The notes under the pieces: model-generated | The model's input: the letters and a program-made list of their open reading frames with translations, nothing else | The model's database searches: none | Told to the model about the DNA's origin: nothing | Assembly (NCBI RefSeq): GCF_000002075.1 | Contig: NW_004797719.1 | Coordinates: 108,383-172,382, forward strand | Length of the DNA: 64,000 nucleotides | Direction of reading: 5' to 3' | DNA from: Aplysia californica | Taxonomy: Eukaryota | Position numbers and translations under genes: made by a program | Part shown: piece by piece, positions 1 through 13,516 of the stretch | How the letters are laid out: every line of letters begins with the position of its first letter | Numbering within the stretch: position 1 is the stretch's first letter

Positions 1-1039
1 TGTGTGCGCGCGGGTGTGTGTTGGCAGTAAAAAGAGTTAACTTACCTTCTCTTTCCATCATTCCAGAGATAATAATACAAGGCGCACTTACAGCTCAGGT
101 AAAAAGAAAAAAAAACTTGGCCTATTGGTAAGGGCCTATATAAGAGCAAGTAAAAATGATTTTAAAAATGACATTTAAAAGGTAAAAATTAGTGAGTGTC
201 TTTCCGGAAGGCGTAGCCTAGTTAACAATTTTGAACCTAAATAATAGATCAGAAAGCAAATGTCGATGACGCAATTAAAAAAACACGGAGGTTGTGATTG
301 GGGAGGGGGGGAGGGGGGTGCATAGCTCTCTATGGCCTATTATAATATTATCCACTTTATCTAAAAGATAAACGTGTACGGCTGTATTTTAAAGTAATAA
401 CACTTGTGATAATATACAAAACTAAATAAACAAAAGCGTCCAAAGCCCATCAGCAATCTAATCACAGCACTTCATATCTTGTAACACTAACATAGCAACT
501 ACTACACAGTTTCCGTAACAATCATTCTCATTTTTCAGAAATTAATAGCCTAATTGTAATAGTTATGTTTCACTTTATAAAAATAGCCAAGAAAGAAAAT
601 GTTTTAAGGGAAAGAACTGAGGTTTTGTTTCCGCTCATGCTGTGATTTCTCGTTAAAAATTTCCAGAGTTATGTACCTTCTACACGGACATGTATCGTTC
701 TAGTAGTGAGTACTTTTGAATGAACATCGATACCAAATATATCATGTATTAATGAATTAATGAAAGGACAATTTTTGACGTGTAAATAATAAGAAAAATA
801 TTGTTAAAATGCCTTGTTTGAAATGCAGACACTTTCGTTACACGAAAAAATGAAATTGCCGCAACTTTTAACAAAACACCAATGTTAGTATCATGTTCGT
901 CTATATGCTTGACCTTATCAGTTGCTGGAGTTAGATCTAAATTTGTCATTATATCGCATTATACAGAGAAGGCTCACGCGAATCCAGAGTCTGAGATTGC
1001 CACATATTTTCTAGATCTTTATCTAAAAATGAAGCATCT

Positions 1040-1093
<54 letters not shown>

Positions 1094-2880
1094 NNNNNNN
1101 NNNNNNNNNNNNNNNNNNNNNNNNNNNNNNNNNNNNNNNNNNNNNNNNNNNNNNNNNNNNNNNNNNNNNNNNNNNNNNNNNNNNNNNNNNNNNNNNNNNN
1201 NNNNNNNNNNNNNNNNNNNNNNNNNNNNNNNNNNNNNNNNNNNNNNNNNNNNNNNNNNNNNNNNNNNNNNNNNNNNNNNNNNNNNNNNNNNNNNNNNNNN
1301 NNNNNNNNNNNNNNNNNNNNNNNNNNNNNNNNNNNNNNNNNNNNNNNNNNNNNNNNNNNNNNNNNNNNNNNNNNNNNNNNNNNNNNNNNNNNNNNNNNNN
1401 NNNNNNNNNNNNNNNNNNNNNNNNNNNNNNNNNNNNNNNNNNNNNNNNNNNNNNNNNNNNNNNNNGGGGGGGTGTAAATTATACATAATTCTTTTTTGGA
1501 ATGAGAGAGTAGTTTTGTAAACAACAGATTATAGTTATGTTATCAATCAATAGATATCTGTGAATCTTTATAAGTATGGCCGCGTTCAAGATTTCCCTTC
1601 ATTGGAAATTCATGTATTCCCTCCCCTTTAAGAATAGTAAATAGTAAGAACAAGAATCGAACCAGTCCTTAAGCTTGAAAAAACTTGCACATGAAAGGAA
1701 AATGTATCAGATCAAGGTTCTTTAACAAAATTTCTAAAAAGAGACGAGTAAAAAGAAAATGTGGTATTTCTCCGTCCTTACGGATATATACGATCTAACG
1801 CATGAAAACAACTCGATACGTTAAATTTTTAGAATCGATCTTTTTGACACACATGATGACAAAACAACACAACCAACACACTTGGGAGGTGTGTACGTTG
1901 TAGACAGTAGATGTTTCCCTTGCACCTAGGATTTGGTAAAGAAAGAGTAAAGAGAAGCCTCCTTCGAATGCAAGGAGACAAAGGGTATCTTCGCAAAGTA
2001 GGCTATTGATTAATGTTGATGCTTTAAGAGGGTCTTCTTCCTAATTATAATCCTTCATTGTCCTTCGTAATGATTGAGGCTGATGTGTTAGCTGCTACAG
2101 GCTACTGGCTGGTAAGCCAAGTCCAAGTACACTCAATACACACACACACAAACACACAACAACGATGTCACCATCAAGTTAGATGCCAAAGTGACATTAC
2201 AGCCCATTACTCAGTGTGACTTGAGATCCTGCTTGGTTTCTGAAGTGCTCGTTTTTGGGGAAGGTCAGCAGAGTTCTAAGATTCTAAGACGAGCAAAAGT
2301 AAAAGTCTATCATCTGTTGAAGCCCTCTCCTCTGAACTGGAACTATTTTGCTTGCACTGTGGACCAAGGCCAGCCCTTTGCAACAACTTGTTGCCTTTGT
2401 GACCTGACTTTGACTTAGGCCAACTGCATCAGCCTGTAGTCTGCTGTCATGTAGATCTAGTTCTAGGTGTATACACAGTTCATACAAACTATTTTTGCAG
2501 TTCAATACATTATTGTAGTTTAATTAACACGCCCACTGTTACTGTTATTATTGGACTATCAATTTCAATAGAGACCTCTGTCAGACAGTAAGGTCTTCAT
2601 ATAGATTGTCCTGTGAATAAGACAAATAGGCTCCAAGGTAAATATTGTGTTTATAATGAATTGCTGCAGTTTTAGAGGATAGAGAAAGGGAAACATGAAA
2701 AGTCTGCTCCGCACTGTCTTTTATTTTACACCTCTCTAACCTAAGGCCACTCCAAGCAGTCCAAGCAGAGCAGGCTCCTGTATTTTGTAAACACCAGTTT
2801 ATCCAAGAAGACATTGATCTATATATAACATCTGTAGCTCGTTATTCCTCTCTCGAGTGATCAGACTCATTGTGACAGAG

Positions 2881-3310
2881 CGCGACCTCAGTGCTTTCTT
2901 GTCGTAGCTCTTTATTTAACAGTGAAAATTTAACTTCTAAGATCACTCTTTGCTATAAAATGAACTGTTTCACTGTGTTATTAACTCTTTTTATCTCTGG
3001 CAAGCTGCTCCCAACAGCTCGCGGTCTGATCCACTTTGCCAGTGAGCCGCTCAGGCACACACATTCCTTAACATTGACTTCGACATCAAATTACTTTTCA
3101 GCAATTGCCAAAAACAGGTCTCTTATACAGGATCATCATTCATTAGATGAAGAACTATCAAAATAGGTTTGTTAGTTTTGATTTAATGACCCATTTAATG
3201 ACGTTTTTGTCATTTTTAGATTTAGCACTAACAAAGGGTCCCGGCGTAGTGGGTTTTTACCCCCCTCGGAGATAAAGAGTTAAGCACGACAAGAAAACAT
3301 TGAGGTCGCG
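2881..3310. mobile_element. Palindromic MITE (TIR cgcgacctcagtgctttcttgtcgt) with nested TTAA-flanked element 2981-3283; uninterrupted copies 12735-12878, 21176-21316, 24596-24717
   Basis: 25-bp terminal inverted repeats read directly; inner element ttaa-ctcttt..atctc ... gagataaagag-ttaa, with a minimal relative at 40064-40139. Confidence 0.75.
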
Positions 3311-3747
3311 AGAGGATGATCCGCATAAGTCGTGTCATTGATGTAATGAAGTCAGAGTCTCTCTCTTTGTTGCTGACTGTGTATGTAGGCCTTGTAAACT
3401 TGCTTTGAGACAGAACTAGATGCTTTGACATTGATGATTGATTTAAATTTATATAATATTTTTCAGTCCGGCTTCTCTCATTCATTACACACACAAATGT
3501 TCACTGGCTCGCAATTTTGTCCTTGCATTCCATGAATCTTAATATGTACAAATGATGTCCCAATATGACATTCATGCCCACCATTTAATGCATGCTTCGT
3601 GCACTCCCAACTGCCCCCCTGCACCCCCCCACATTCACATACCCTTGAGTTCTTGTAAATTATATAATGGTTCTATAATGTAATTGTGATTTTTTTTTTT
3701 CTTAACAGTCTCTGATGTGATAATATTCACAATAAAAGATTTCCAAA

Positions 3748-3948
3748 ATGTCTTGGGCGAGTGAACTGCCAGGTGAGCTCGTGTGTCGCCCGCTTGGCCT
3801 GGTGGCGTTGACCGGTCTGGACACGACGTACAACGCGGTGCACAAAGCCATATGGGACTCGTTCTTCAACAATAGACGCAATGACCGTGTGCCGCTGCAG
3901 TTCAAAGTGTGCACCGCTGATCACGAGTACCCGAAGTGTAAACAAAAG
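3748..3948 (+). CDS. TRAPPC11: TRAPPC11 coding exon 1 ([15 protein letters not shown]...HEYPKCKQK)
   Basis: Acceptor ttttcttaacag ending 3708 precedes the ATG (implies an upstream UTR exon); donor AAG|gttagt. Confidence 0.95.
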
Positions 3949-6900
3949 GTTAGTTGTGAGTTGTAGTGTCTTTCAGCTCTGTAAACCCGGGAATCACTTT
4001 TGATGTTTTGATGGAATATATATTATATATATATACAAATCTCGTGAAAATGGAAAGGGGTGTATGCATGAAAAATGTTCATAAAAACATTTAAAATTGG
4101 GTCAGTGCCGTGACAGAGGAGGCAGTAGTTTGTGTCATTACTGTAATCACAGTTTTCTTTTGATTTAAATGTTTTTGTGGAGATAACAGTAATCATTTAT
4201 ATTTATAATTTGAGATGCTGAACAGCGAGTAAATTTCGGGGTTCAAAGTAAGGGTTAACTGTATAAAAATTAATAAAATTTAATTAATGGTTTGCTTCTC
4301 ATGTTTAAAACTGAATGCTTTTTATATGGGCTACTGTATTTTACTCGGACAGAGAACTTCGTATGAGTGGTACATCCCAAAAGGGATTCTCAAGACCCAC
4401 TGGCTGCAGAAGCACCTACAGGAAATCCCGTCTGTCGTCGTTGTGTTCTTTGACCTGGACTGGGATGAGCCGTTGTGGAAGGAGCGACAGATGGAGTGCT
4501 CGACTCGCGTCGAGATTGTTCGGTAATTCTGTCCCCTGGTTACAAGATGGTTGTGATTGTTTGGTACTTTAGATTGTCCTCTTAGAAGACAGTTATATTA
4601 TGAGTTTGACTGGTAGATTGTCCTCTTAGAAGACAGTTATATTATGAGTTTGACTGGTAGATTGTCCTCTTAGAAGACAGTTATATTGTGAGTTTGACTG
4701 GTAGATTGTCTAGATGCTTGTCCACCAAGACGACTGTTATATTATGAGACAGTTATATTGTGTGTTTGACAGTTATATTATGTGTTTGACAGTTATATTG
4801 TGTGTTTGACAGTTATATTATGAGTTTGACAGTTATATTGTCCACTAAGAAGATAGTTATATTATGAGACAGTTATATTGTGAGTTTGACAGTTATATTA
4901 TGAGTTTGACAGTTATATTGTCCACTAAGAAGACAGTTATATTATGAGACAGTTATATTATGAGTTTGACAGTTATATTGTGCACTAAGAAGATAGTTAT
5001 ATTATGAGACAGTTATATTATGAGTTTGACAGTTATATTGTCCACTAAGAAGATAGTTATATTATGAGTTTGACAGTTATATTATGAGTTTGACAGTTAT
5101 ATTTTCCACTAAGAAGATAGTTATATTATGAGTTTGACAGTTATATTATGAGTTTGACAGTTATATTGTGCACTTACAAGACAGTTATATTATGAGTTTG
5201 ACAGTTATATTGTGCACTTACAAGACAGTTATATTATGAGTTTGACTGGTAGATTGTCTAGTAAGAAAACAGTTAGATGCTTGTCCATTATAAAACATTT
5301 TGAGTATGAGGCTCTTTGGCCAGTTCTGAAAAAATTTGCTTCGTTTTCACACTCATGTTGAGATTTTTCCTCCCCATATTCTACAGAAACAGCCTGCAGG
5401 GTCGTGGGACGAAGATAGCTGTTGTGCTCATCCAGAAGAACGCGCCCCTTCCTCCAGGTAATGAGACCGTTTAAAGATGTAGAGGAATTTATCTGCTGGA
5501 ATAACATTCTGGGTTTTTAGAATTTTATTCTTTGTGGAGAGTTGGTTGGAGTGTACTTCTGGTAGGTCCTACTTCTTTTCTTTCTCTCTGTTGTTTGTGT
5601 CTGGCCGTCTTTCTCCCCCCCCCCCCACTCACATACACTCTAAAAGACCGTTAATTATTGTGCTGATGTGCTTCTCATCACTCCAGTGGACTGAGACATC
5701 ATTGTAAGTATGTAAGTGTTCGTGTCTGAAACTTTCCTATATGAAGAGGTGATTTCTGTCTTTTTAAATGCAATGTTAATGTTGAAAATAATCAAATTTG
5801 TAATGATGTCCAGTTTTTTTTTCATATTTCACGAAGTCACAGTGAACTCAAAATGAGTATTTGTAGAAAACGCTGATTTCCAAACTAGAATAATCTGCAG
5901 TGGAATGTTTTTTTCTTTCTTTTTTTTGTTGTTGTTGGTAAGTCTTATACACTCTGCATTAATTGGGTTTTGGACATAACCACAAAGTTTTTCTTTTAAT
6001 AAATTTTTTTCCTTTATTCTCTAAAAAATGAAAATACGATGCCTAGGGTAAAGACTTAACAAAGCTTTGACGTATTTGTACAGGAGAAGACCTGATGGCG
6101 GCGGAGCGGGCCGTGTCTCTGTGTTCAGCGTGCGAGATCTCTGCCAAGTCGCTGTACGTGTTGCCTCACACCGACCACCTCATTGGCTACACGGTCAGGT
6201 GAGTACGCGGGGTCTTGTACATGTGGGGGTTTTGGGTTGTGTTTTTTTACACATTGCAGCGCATCATTGTATTACATTCCATAAGTGATTATGAATATGC
6301 GAAATATTTTATCTTGTGTGAATTGCTCAGTGATCATGTGATTGATGTAAAGCGCTCACAGCTTATACTAGTACGGAATAGAGCGCTATATGAATAATGA
6401 ATGCAGTCTATTATTAATATTATTATTATTATTATTATTATTATTACTGTCAAACTTTAGAAGACTGTAAGAATGACCTGTTTTCAAGAGTAAGTATGGT
6501 TTCTTGGTAGTTCTCCTGTGTTCAGGCAGATTTTTAAAAGATAAAAAACTCTGTAATAGAATGAGAGTTAGAAATCTAGAAGCAAATATAGGCCCAACCG
6601 TAGATGGAGGAGAGGACCCAACACTCTATGGGGGCCTGGAGGACCTGTGGCCAGCAGCAGCCTCCGCACGAGAGACTGGGATGTCTGGTTAAAGACGAAT
6701 GAAAAGAAGGAGAGATGTCTGGTTAAAGATTAATGAGGAGAAGAAGGAGGGTATTGTCATTTGCATTTATAGTGGGGATGACTGAGGGGTAAGTTTTGGG
6801 CACAGTTGAAAGAATGCTGAAATAGAATTTCCACAAAGAAAACTAACAGTAGCAGTCCCATCACTCTCTCTCTCTCTTGCCCTTTTTAACTCCCAGTGGA

Positions 6901-9900
6901 GCATAGGCCAGCAACAACATTTCTCCATCGAAGCCTGTCCTGTGCATCCTTTTCTAACTGTTTCCATGATGTCCCTGCCTTTTCCATTTCCGCTTGTACC
7001 GCCCGCCTCCATGTCATCTTTGGTCCCATCTCACACAGAGGTGTCAAAATCAATGAAGATTCAAATCTTCTATTTCTTTCATTGCCCGCCCCCACCCTAC
7101 CCATCCCCGCGGCTCTATGTCCTCATGGTCAGAACATAATTTTTAAAGTCTTAAAAAAAATATTTTTTTTAGAAAACTTAAAAAAAAACCCTGCTCACCA
7201 AACTCAACCTTGTGGCTGTAGTAAGCGAGAAAATGTGATTGAATTTTGAGTACGCACACTGAAATCCAGCTATTATGAGGATATGACACGAATTACAGAC
7301 TTTTTAACCACACCAATAAGCCGACACTTGAAAGAAATGAATGAAGCATTTACGATGTTATGACGATGATGATACATCCCTGTAACTGTCGAGTAACTAT
7401 TTCTCTCCCTCACAGACTTGAGAACGCCTTCTATGAGCAGGCCCAGGCTTACTACCACCAGGAGGCTCGCAAAGTCAAGTCTCACAAAGACTTCCTCAAC
7501 AAGACCACTCATCAGGTGAGACTGTACTTTGTCTTTTCCTGTTGAGGAAGGCGTCATTTTCCTCTACTTCTTTTGTATGTCTGTCACTCTCTTATGACCC
7601 GCTGTTTCCGGGGTGCCTTGATAGTCGAAGCAGACTTTGTGCTGTTGAGACTAGAGAGGTGAGCAGAGTAAGCCTGATTCCCCGTTTGGACTTCTCTGTT
7701 AACATACGCCCGACCCGTTCGCACTCATATGACCGTATGCAGTTGCGAGCGCCGTAAAACCTTACAAGTGGGTTGTTGACGGGTGCTCTAGTATGGTTAG
7801 TTCCTTCTTTCCTTTCAGACATCTATCGTCTTTATCTCCCCTCCTTTTTTTTGTGTTTGTTATTTTTTTGTAACACCTCTAATCTTCTGCACTTATATGA
7901 CCTCATTGTGTTGCAAGTGCCGTAGAACCTGACTAAAGCTAACCAGACTTTTGTTCTCCCGTTCTGTTCTCAGCTGCTGTTCGTCAGACATCAGTTCAAG
8001 AGCGCCTTCTTCAACGAGCTCAAGCAAGACTCACACACCGCCATCAAGTGCGTTGTGCCCACATAGCTTTTTACTTGCCTGGTGGCTGAGGTGGTCTTAT
8101 GGTTAGGCTACCGGACCCATAATCGTGAGACTGCGGGTTCGCGGGTTCGGGCCTCAGCTGGGTCCGATGTTGTGTCCTAGGGAAAGACACTTTACACGAA
8201 TTTTGCTTTTGGCTCAGTCGTTTTGGAGACGGACGTTAAACTTGGAGGTCCCACCTCTTAAATGACTTAAAAGTGTTGATAGGGGTGTTAAACTTATACT
8301 TTTTTACCATTTTAAAAATATTTGCCTTTGGCATTTTCCAGTCACTGTTGCTAAGACTCCTGAATTTTCTTTCTTTCTATAAAATAACTTTTTTTTTTCT
8401 CTCTCCGCCGAGTGTTGGTATAACGGAAATAAATTTGTATGTAAGGAGTAAATTCTGGCTTCTTTTGTCAGCGCTGGCATACCTATCTCCTCTCTAGATA
8501 TGAAAACAAGGATGCTGCTTAATGTCAGTGGTCTGTTGTAAATCATAGCCAGGGTAACGGTTGAGGAAGTCTCTTGGGAGAAAAATGGGCTGGGTGAGAC
8601 AATAGGACAGGATTTTTCCACATAGTTTGATTGGGGTGGACAGAATAGGGTTTAAATATACTATTCTGTGAACCAGAAAGGGTTAATGTATACAATTCTG
8701 TGAGCAGGAAAGGGTTACTGTAAACTATTCTGTGAACAGGAAAGGGTTAATGTATACTATTCTGTGAATAGGAAAGGGTTAATGTGTACTATTGTGTGAA
8801 TAGGCTAGGGTTAATGTATACAACTGTGTGTACAGGAAAGGGTTAATGACAGTTAACGTGTACTATTGTGTGATGGTAACCTGTGTGTGTGTGTGTATGT
8901 CCCAGGCACTACAAGCAGGCGTACGGCTACATGCTAGATCTACGCATGCACGACACAAACATGCTGGAGGTGAAGACTGTGGCCGGCTTCATCAACTACA
9001 AGGTGAGATATCTCACGTCTCGTTCTAGTTTTGTTCATAGTACTTAAAGTGCTGTTTATAGTTCGTGTTGACTGCTTATGTTTACTGAGGGCTTTCGTGT
9101 TGATGGCAGCGACGGTTTTCGAACTCAAAAGGATTTGACATATTTTTTTTTCAATTATATCGCTGTAGAAAATAATACCATGGATATGCTTTTGGTGGCA
9201 AATGATTTGTCTAATACGTGTTTTCCCGTACCGAGAAAAATGTCTGAAATTGTGCCTGTATTGTGGGTTCTCCCTTGCCGGCTTTTTCTAAATGCTTTCA
9301 TGTGGTGCAAATGATTTTACTGTATGGTTTGTTTGAAGTGGGATCTTCTTTAATAGACAGCGCAAAAGTAAACTATAATGGAAAGAATAGAAGAAGAAAA
9401 AAGAAATGGTGTTGGAAGTTGACTCTGGTTAGGTTATGAAATATTAGATTATAATGTATACGAGTTTAAGGTTTATACAATATATTGACCTCTTTTGTTT
9501 TGTTCATAGATTTGCAGGCTGTCATTCCAACATAATGCTCCTTTGGATGCGATAGCACAGTTCAGGAAACACATTGACTTTTTCAAGTCAAAGACGGGCA
9601 TTCCGGAACTTTCTTTTGAGCACAGTGCATGGATGTCGAAGCAGTGAGTGAAACAGAAACATTCTCTTTTCCTTGCTCTTGGTTTGGGCTTTTTTGTCAG
9701 GGTAATCGTTGCTTTTGCCCTTTACGTCTTTTACCTTTTTTATGGGGATTTAAAAAAACTTATTTGGGGGGGGTTGTTTTTTTTTTCCTGAGTAGTTGGG
9801 GTTGCTGTTATGATAACTGTTGCTTTTGCCTTTTACGTTTTTTATTTATTTTTTTTTTTTTCGTGGTTTTTTTTTGGGGGGGTGTTTTTTTGTTCTTTCC

Positions 9901-12900
9901 CTGAGTAGGTGGTTGCTGGGTGTTTTTTTGTTCTTTCCCTGAGTAGGTGGTTGCTGGGTGTTTTTTTGTTCTTTCCCTGAGTAGGTGGTTGCTGGGTGTT
10001 CTTTTGTTCTTTCCCTGAGTAGGTGGTTGCTGGGTGTTCTTTTGTTCTTTCCCTGAGTAGGTGGTTGCTGGGTGTTTTTTTGTTCTTTCCCTGAGTAGGT
10101 GGTTGCTGGGTGTTTTTTTGTTCTTTCCCTGAGTAGGTGGTTGCTGGGTGTTCTTTTGTTCTTTCCCTGAGTAGGTGGTTGCTGGGTGTTTTGGTGTGGT
10201 TTGCTCCTTCTTTGCTGTCAAATATCTGTCATCCTCACCTCTGCTCCTATTTTTCTTTTTAATGTTACTCTCTAGTAACACCTCTAATATTCAGTACTTG
10301 TATGATGACCTAATTGTGTTGCAAATGCCGTAAAACTCTTACAAAAGAAATGAAAACTGGGATTTATCATAATAACATAACTGTCTACCGGGCAAATCAA
10401 CCGATGCTTGTCTGTGTCCCCAGATTTCAGGTGTTTGGCGACTTGTTTGACGAGGCGATCAAACTGGGCCTGACGGCGATCCAGACGCAGCACCCAGGAT
10501 TTTACTACCAGCAGGCGGCCAACCACGCCATCTTCCGCAAACAGCTGTGCCAGGGGCTCTGCATGGTACGTGGTACGCTCAACATTGGCCGGTCTTTTTG
10601 TATATGAGGAGTGGGCTGGAAAAACGGGCATAGTCAAAAACTGAAAACCGTGAGGGTATCGATTTTGAACGCTTGTTGACTCATAACTGTATTTATGTTC
10701 AGCTGTTGGTTGATTATTGTTGTTAGATTTCCCATCCAACAAACATGTAAAATAAACCACCAATCAAACAAATAGGAAGTTGTGAATCCACAAGCTTTTA
10801 AAATTGACACCCTCACAATTTCCAGGTTGTGACTATGCCCATTTTTTCAGTGGACACCTCTTATATACAATCCACTGCGGATGAGAAGGTGTCGTTAGGA
10901 GAGTGAAAAAAAGATCAACTCATCAGCAAAGTTTAACATAATTGTTGGGATCTGTAAAGCAGAAGAGGCGCTGGGACCTGAGAAAAAGATCGACGTAACC
11001 GATGATCTGCTCAAACGAGTTCAACATAAGTGGAATGAGTTGACTGTATTTAGCTTTACCCTATGGAGCTGAGCGTTCGCCTCTTTTGTTCTTCTTCACA
11101 CTGGTTACACATTTCACTGTGGTCGTCATCGTTGCTTTCTCCCTCTGGGGCAGAGTATAATGCTTTCTACCTCTCCCTGTCCTGGGTTAGCTTCTTGACA
11201 TTACGCTACCTCAGATTTACAAAGTTCCATCTAACATCTTTGAGGGGTTTTTTAATCTTTGAGTGTTTTTTTATCTTTGAGCGTTTTTAGGTCAATTGTT
11301 CTCAGCATTCATGTGTTTGTGAACCAGGATGTAAAGTTGGTCAACTGTTTGCGTCCCCAGCAACCTCAAGAGATGAAGAGCCCGGACGAGATAGCCGACT
11401 ACCTCGGGCCGACTGACTTCTACGGCCAACGCAAGTGGAGACAGGGCCATCAGAGTGAGTGTTTCCCTTTGTTGTCCCCCTGGCATAAGTACATCCCAGC
11501 AACTGGGGCTGTTGTTGATTTTGTTGTTGTTCTCAGCTGAAACTTTTTGCTGCCGCCATCACTGTAGCAGTTTTAAAAGGGCAAAAAGGCTCGTTCAAAC
11601 AATGATTAAGTTGCTACCTTGGTTCTATTTTCAATACTTCCTAATTGTTTCTTCTTTGGTACAACCTTTGAAACTGGGGCCGGTTCAGTTTTCTTACCTG
11701 CTATACATCTGAAGTTTCAGAAAGAGTCGTTAATCATCCTGCATTATGTTTCCGTCTCGCTGATTCCTGCCAAACTGTCCCCAGGTATCGAGCCTCCAGA
11801 CCTGCAGAAGGAGCGGGAAGGAATTCTCTCCCTTCAGACCAAAGAGCGACAAGTGGACCACTCGGTGAGTGGAAGCTGTTGTCAATGATTTGCCCTCTCC
11901 ATCAACATGTAATATGTGTTGTGCTCCCTATCTACACATTTTACCTGATTTAGGAGGCTGGCTGCTCCGACCGTGCCACTCTGTGCCTTTCCAGAATGAG
12001 TATGATACAGCATCCTGGAGATATTTGACAGAAACTTTCCCACTCTGGAACTGAACTCGTGCCCTCTGTGTGCAAACATTAGTCCGCAGACATCATTTAG
12101 AGCTCCACTAAGTTATTGGTATCGTCTTCAAGTTTGTTCATTTGACTTACTTTAGATGAAAAAAATACCCATCAATCCCAAATATTTTGCAATTGAAGCA
12201 GGTGAAGGTTGTTTGGTGTCAGAGATAAAATAAGCGAGAAAATGGCTGACAAAGTCTGTTGACTTCCAAAATTTGAAAGTCCTTGGAAACTGCAAATTTA
12301 CATTTTTGTGGTTTTTGATCAAAGTTTTTCAATAAAATCCGCACAGAAATGTGCTTTTGAATGGACATAAAAAGTGAGGAGTCAAAACAGACAATTGATC
12401 AAAATTGCCCATACAGCAGAAAATGTTGGTTTCTTCTCTGTCATTATTTTGACGAGCGCCTTATGTCACCACGATATACACTCCCATGAAAGTGTCGGAA
12501 TAAACACTGGTTTCTTATGTTTGTTTTTGGGGGGTTTTTTGTTTTTGTTTTTTTTCCTCAATAACGTCCAAGTGTTTGTGTGTTTCAGTGGCTGATCATC
12601 CCTCTATTGAGCAGCGCTGTGGCACAGTTCCGCAAGTACAAGTCTCCACGCATGAAGAGATTCCTCAGTGAGTCATCTAGTTTTTGTTCTTGTTTGTGTG
12701 TGTCGTAAGGTGGATGGTTGGAGGGGCTCCAATACGTGACCTCAGGGCTTTCTTGTCATATCTCCAATTTTTTTAATCGAGGAAAATGTGACTTCTTCTT
12801 AAGCTCGCTCTTTGTTATGAACTGTTTTCACTGTTAAAGAAAAATGGAGATATGACGAGAAAGCTCTGAGGTTGTGAGTAGTAGATTCTACTTGTCTTAT

Positions 12901-13453
12901 TTCTCATGATTGTTCCCGTCTGTCTGTCTTCTATTTTCCTTGCACTGAATGATCGTTATCGTTTCGATGTTCTTCTCTCTTCATTCAGACAAACAAAATA
13001 GTAAGACTTTTTCTAAGCTGTGTTTATAGTATGCTTTGTCCTGTTTTGCACCAACACCATTTGTGATTTGCATTCTGATTGTAATTTTGCTGTTACGACA
13101 CAGCTTGTCTTTAGGACTGGTGATTTATAACAGAGTAATAGCTTTTGAAATTATAAATGGTTTGCACATTACATGNNNNNNNNNNNNNNNNNNNNNNNNN
13201 NNNNNNNNNNNNNNNNNNNNNNNNNNNNNNNNNNNNNNNNNNNNNNNNNNNNNNNNNNNNNNNNNNNNNNNNNNNNNNNNNNNNNNNNNNNNNNNNNNNN
13301 NNNNNNNNNNNNNNNNNNNNNNNNNNNNNTCCGTCTCCCTCACATTCCTCTTTTTGCCCCTCCTCCAGTGGTACAGATGGGAGAGGAGTACTATCACGCC
13401 AAAGACTACGTCAAGGCTCTCATGTGAGTTGCTGACAATTACTGAAGTAAAAC

Positions 13454-13516
<63 letters not shown>

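Noticed and set aside
882-1524. ORFs spanning N gaps and (CA)n tracts (also near 13.0-13.6, 15.1-15.6, 27.8-28.3, 50.0-50.5 kb)
   Set aside because: Artefacts of assembly gaps and microsatellites; only the embedded TRAPPC11 exons are real.
6600-6720. Peptide [20 protein letters not shown] resembling a LINE ORF2 extreme C-terminus
   Set aside because: Too short and decayed to call without a database search.
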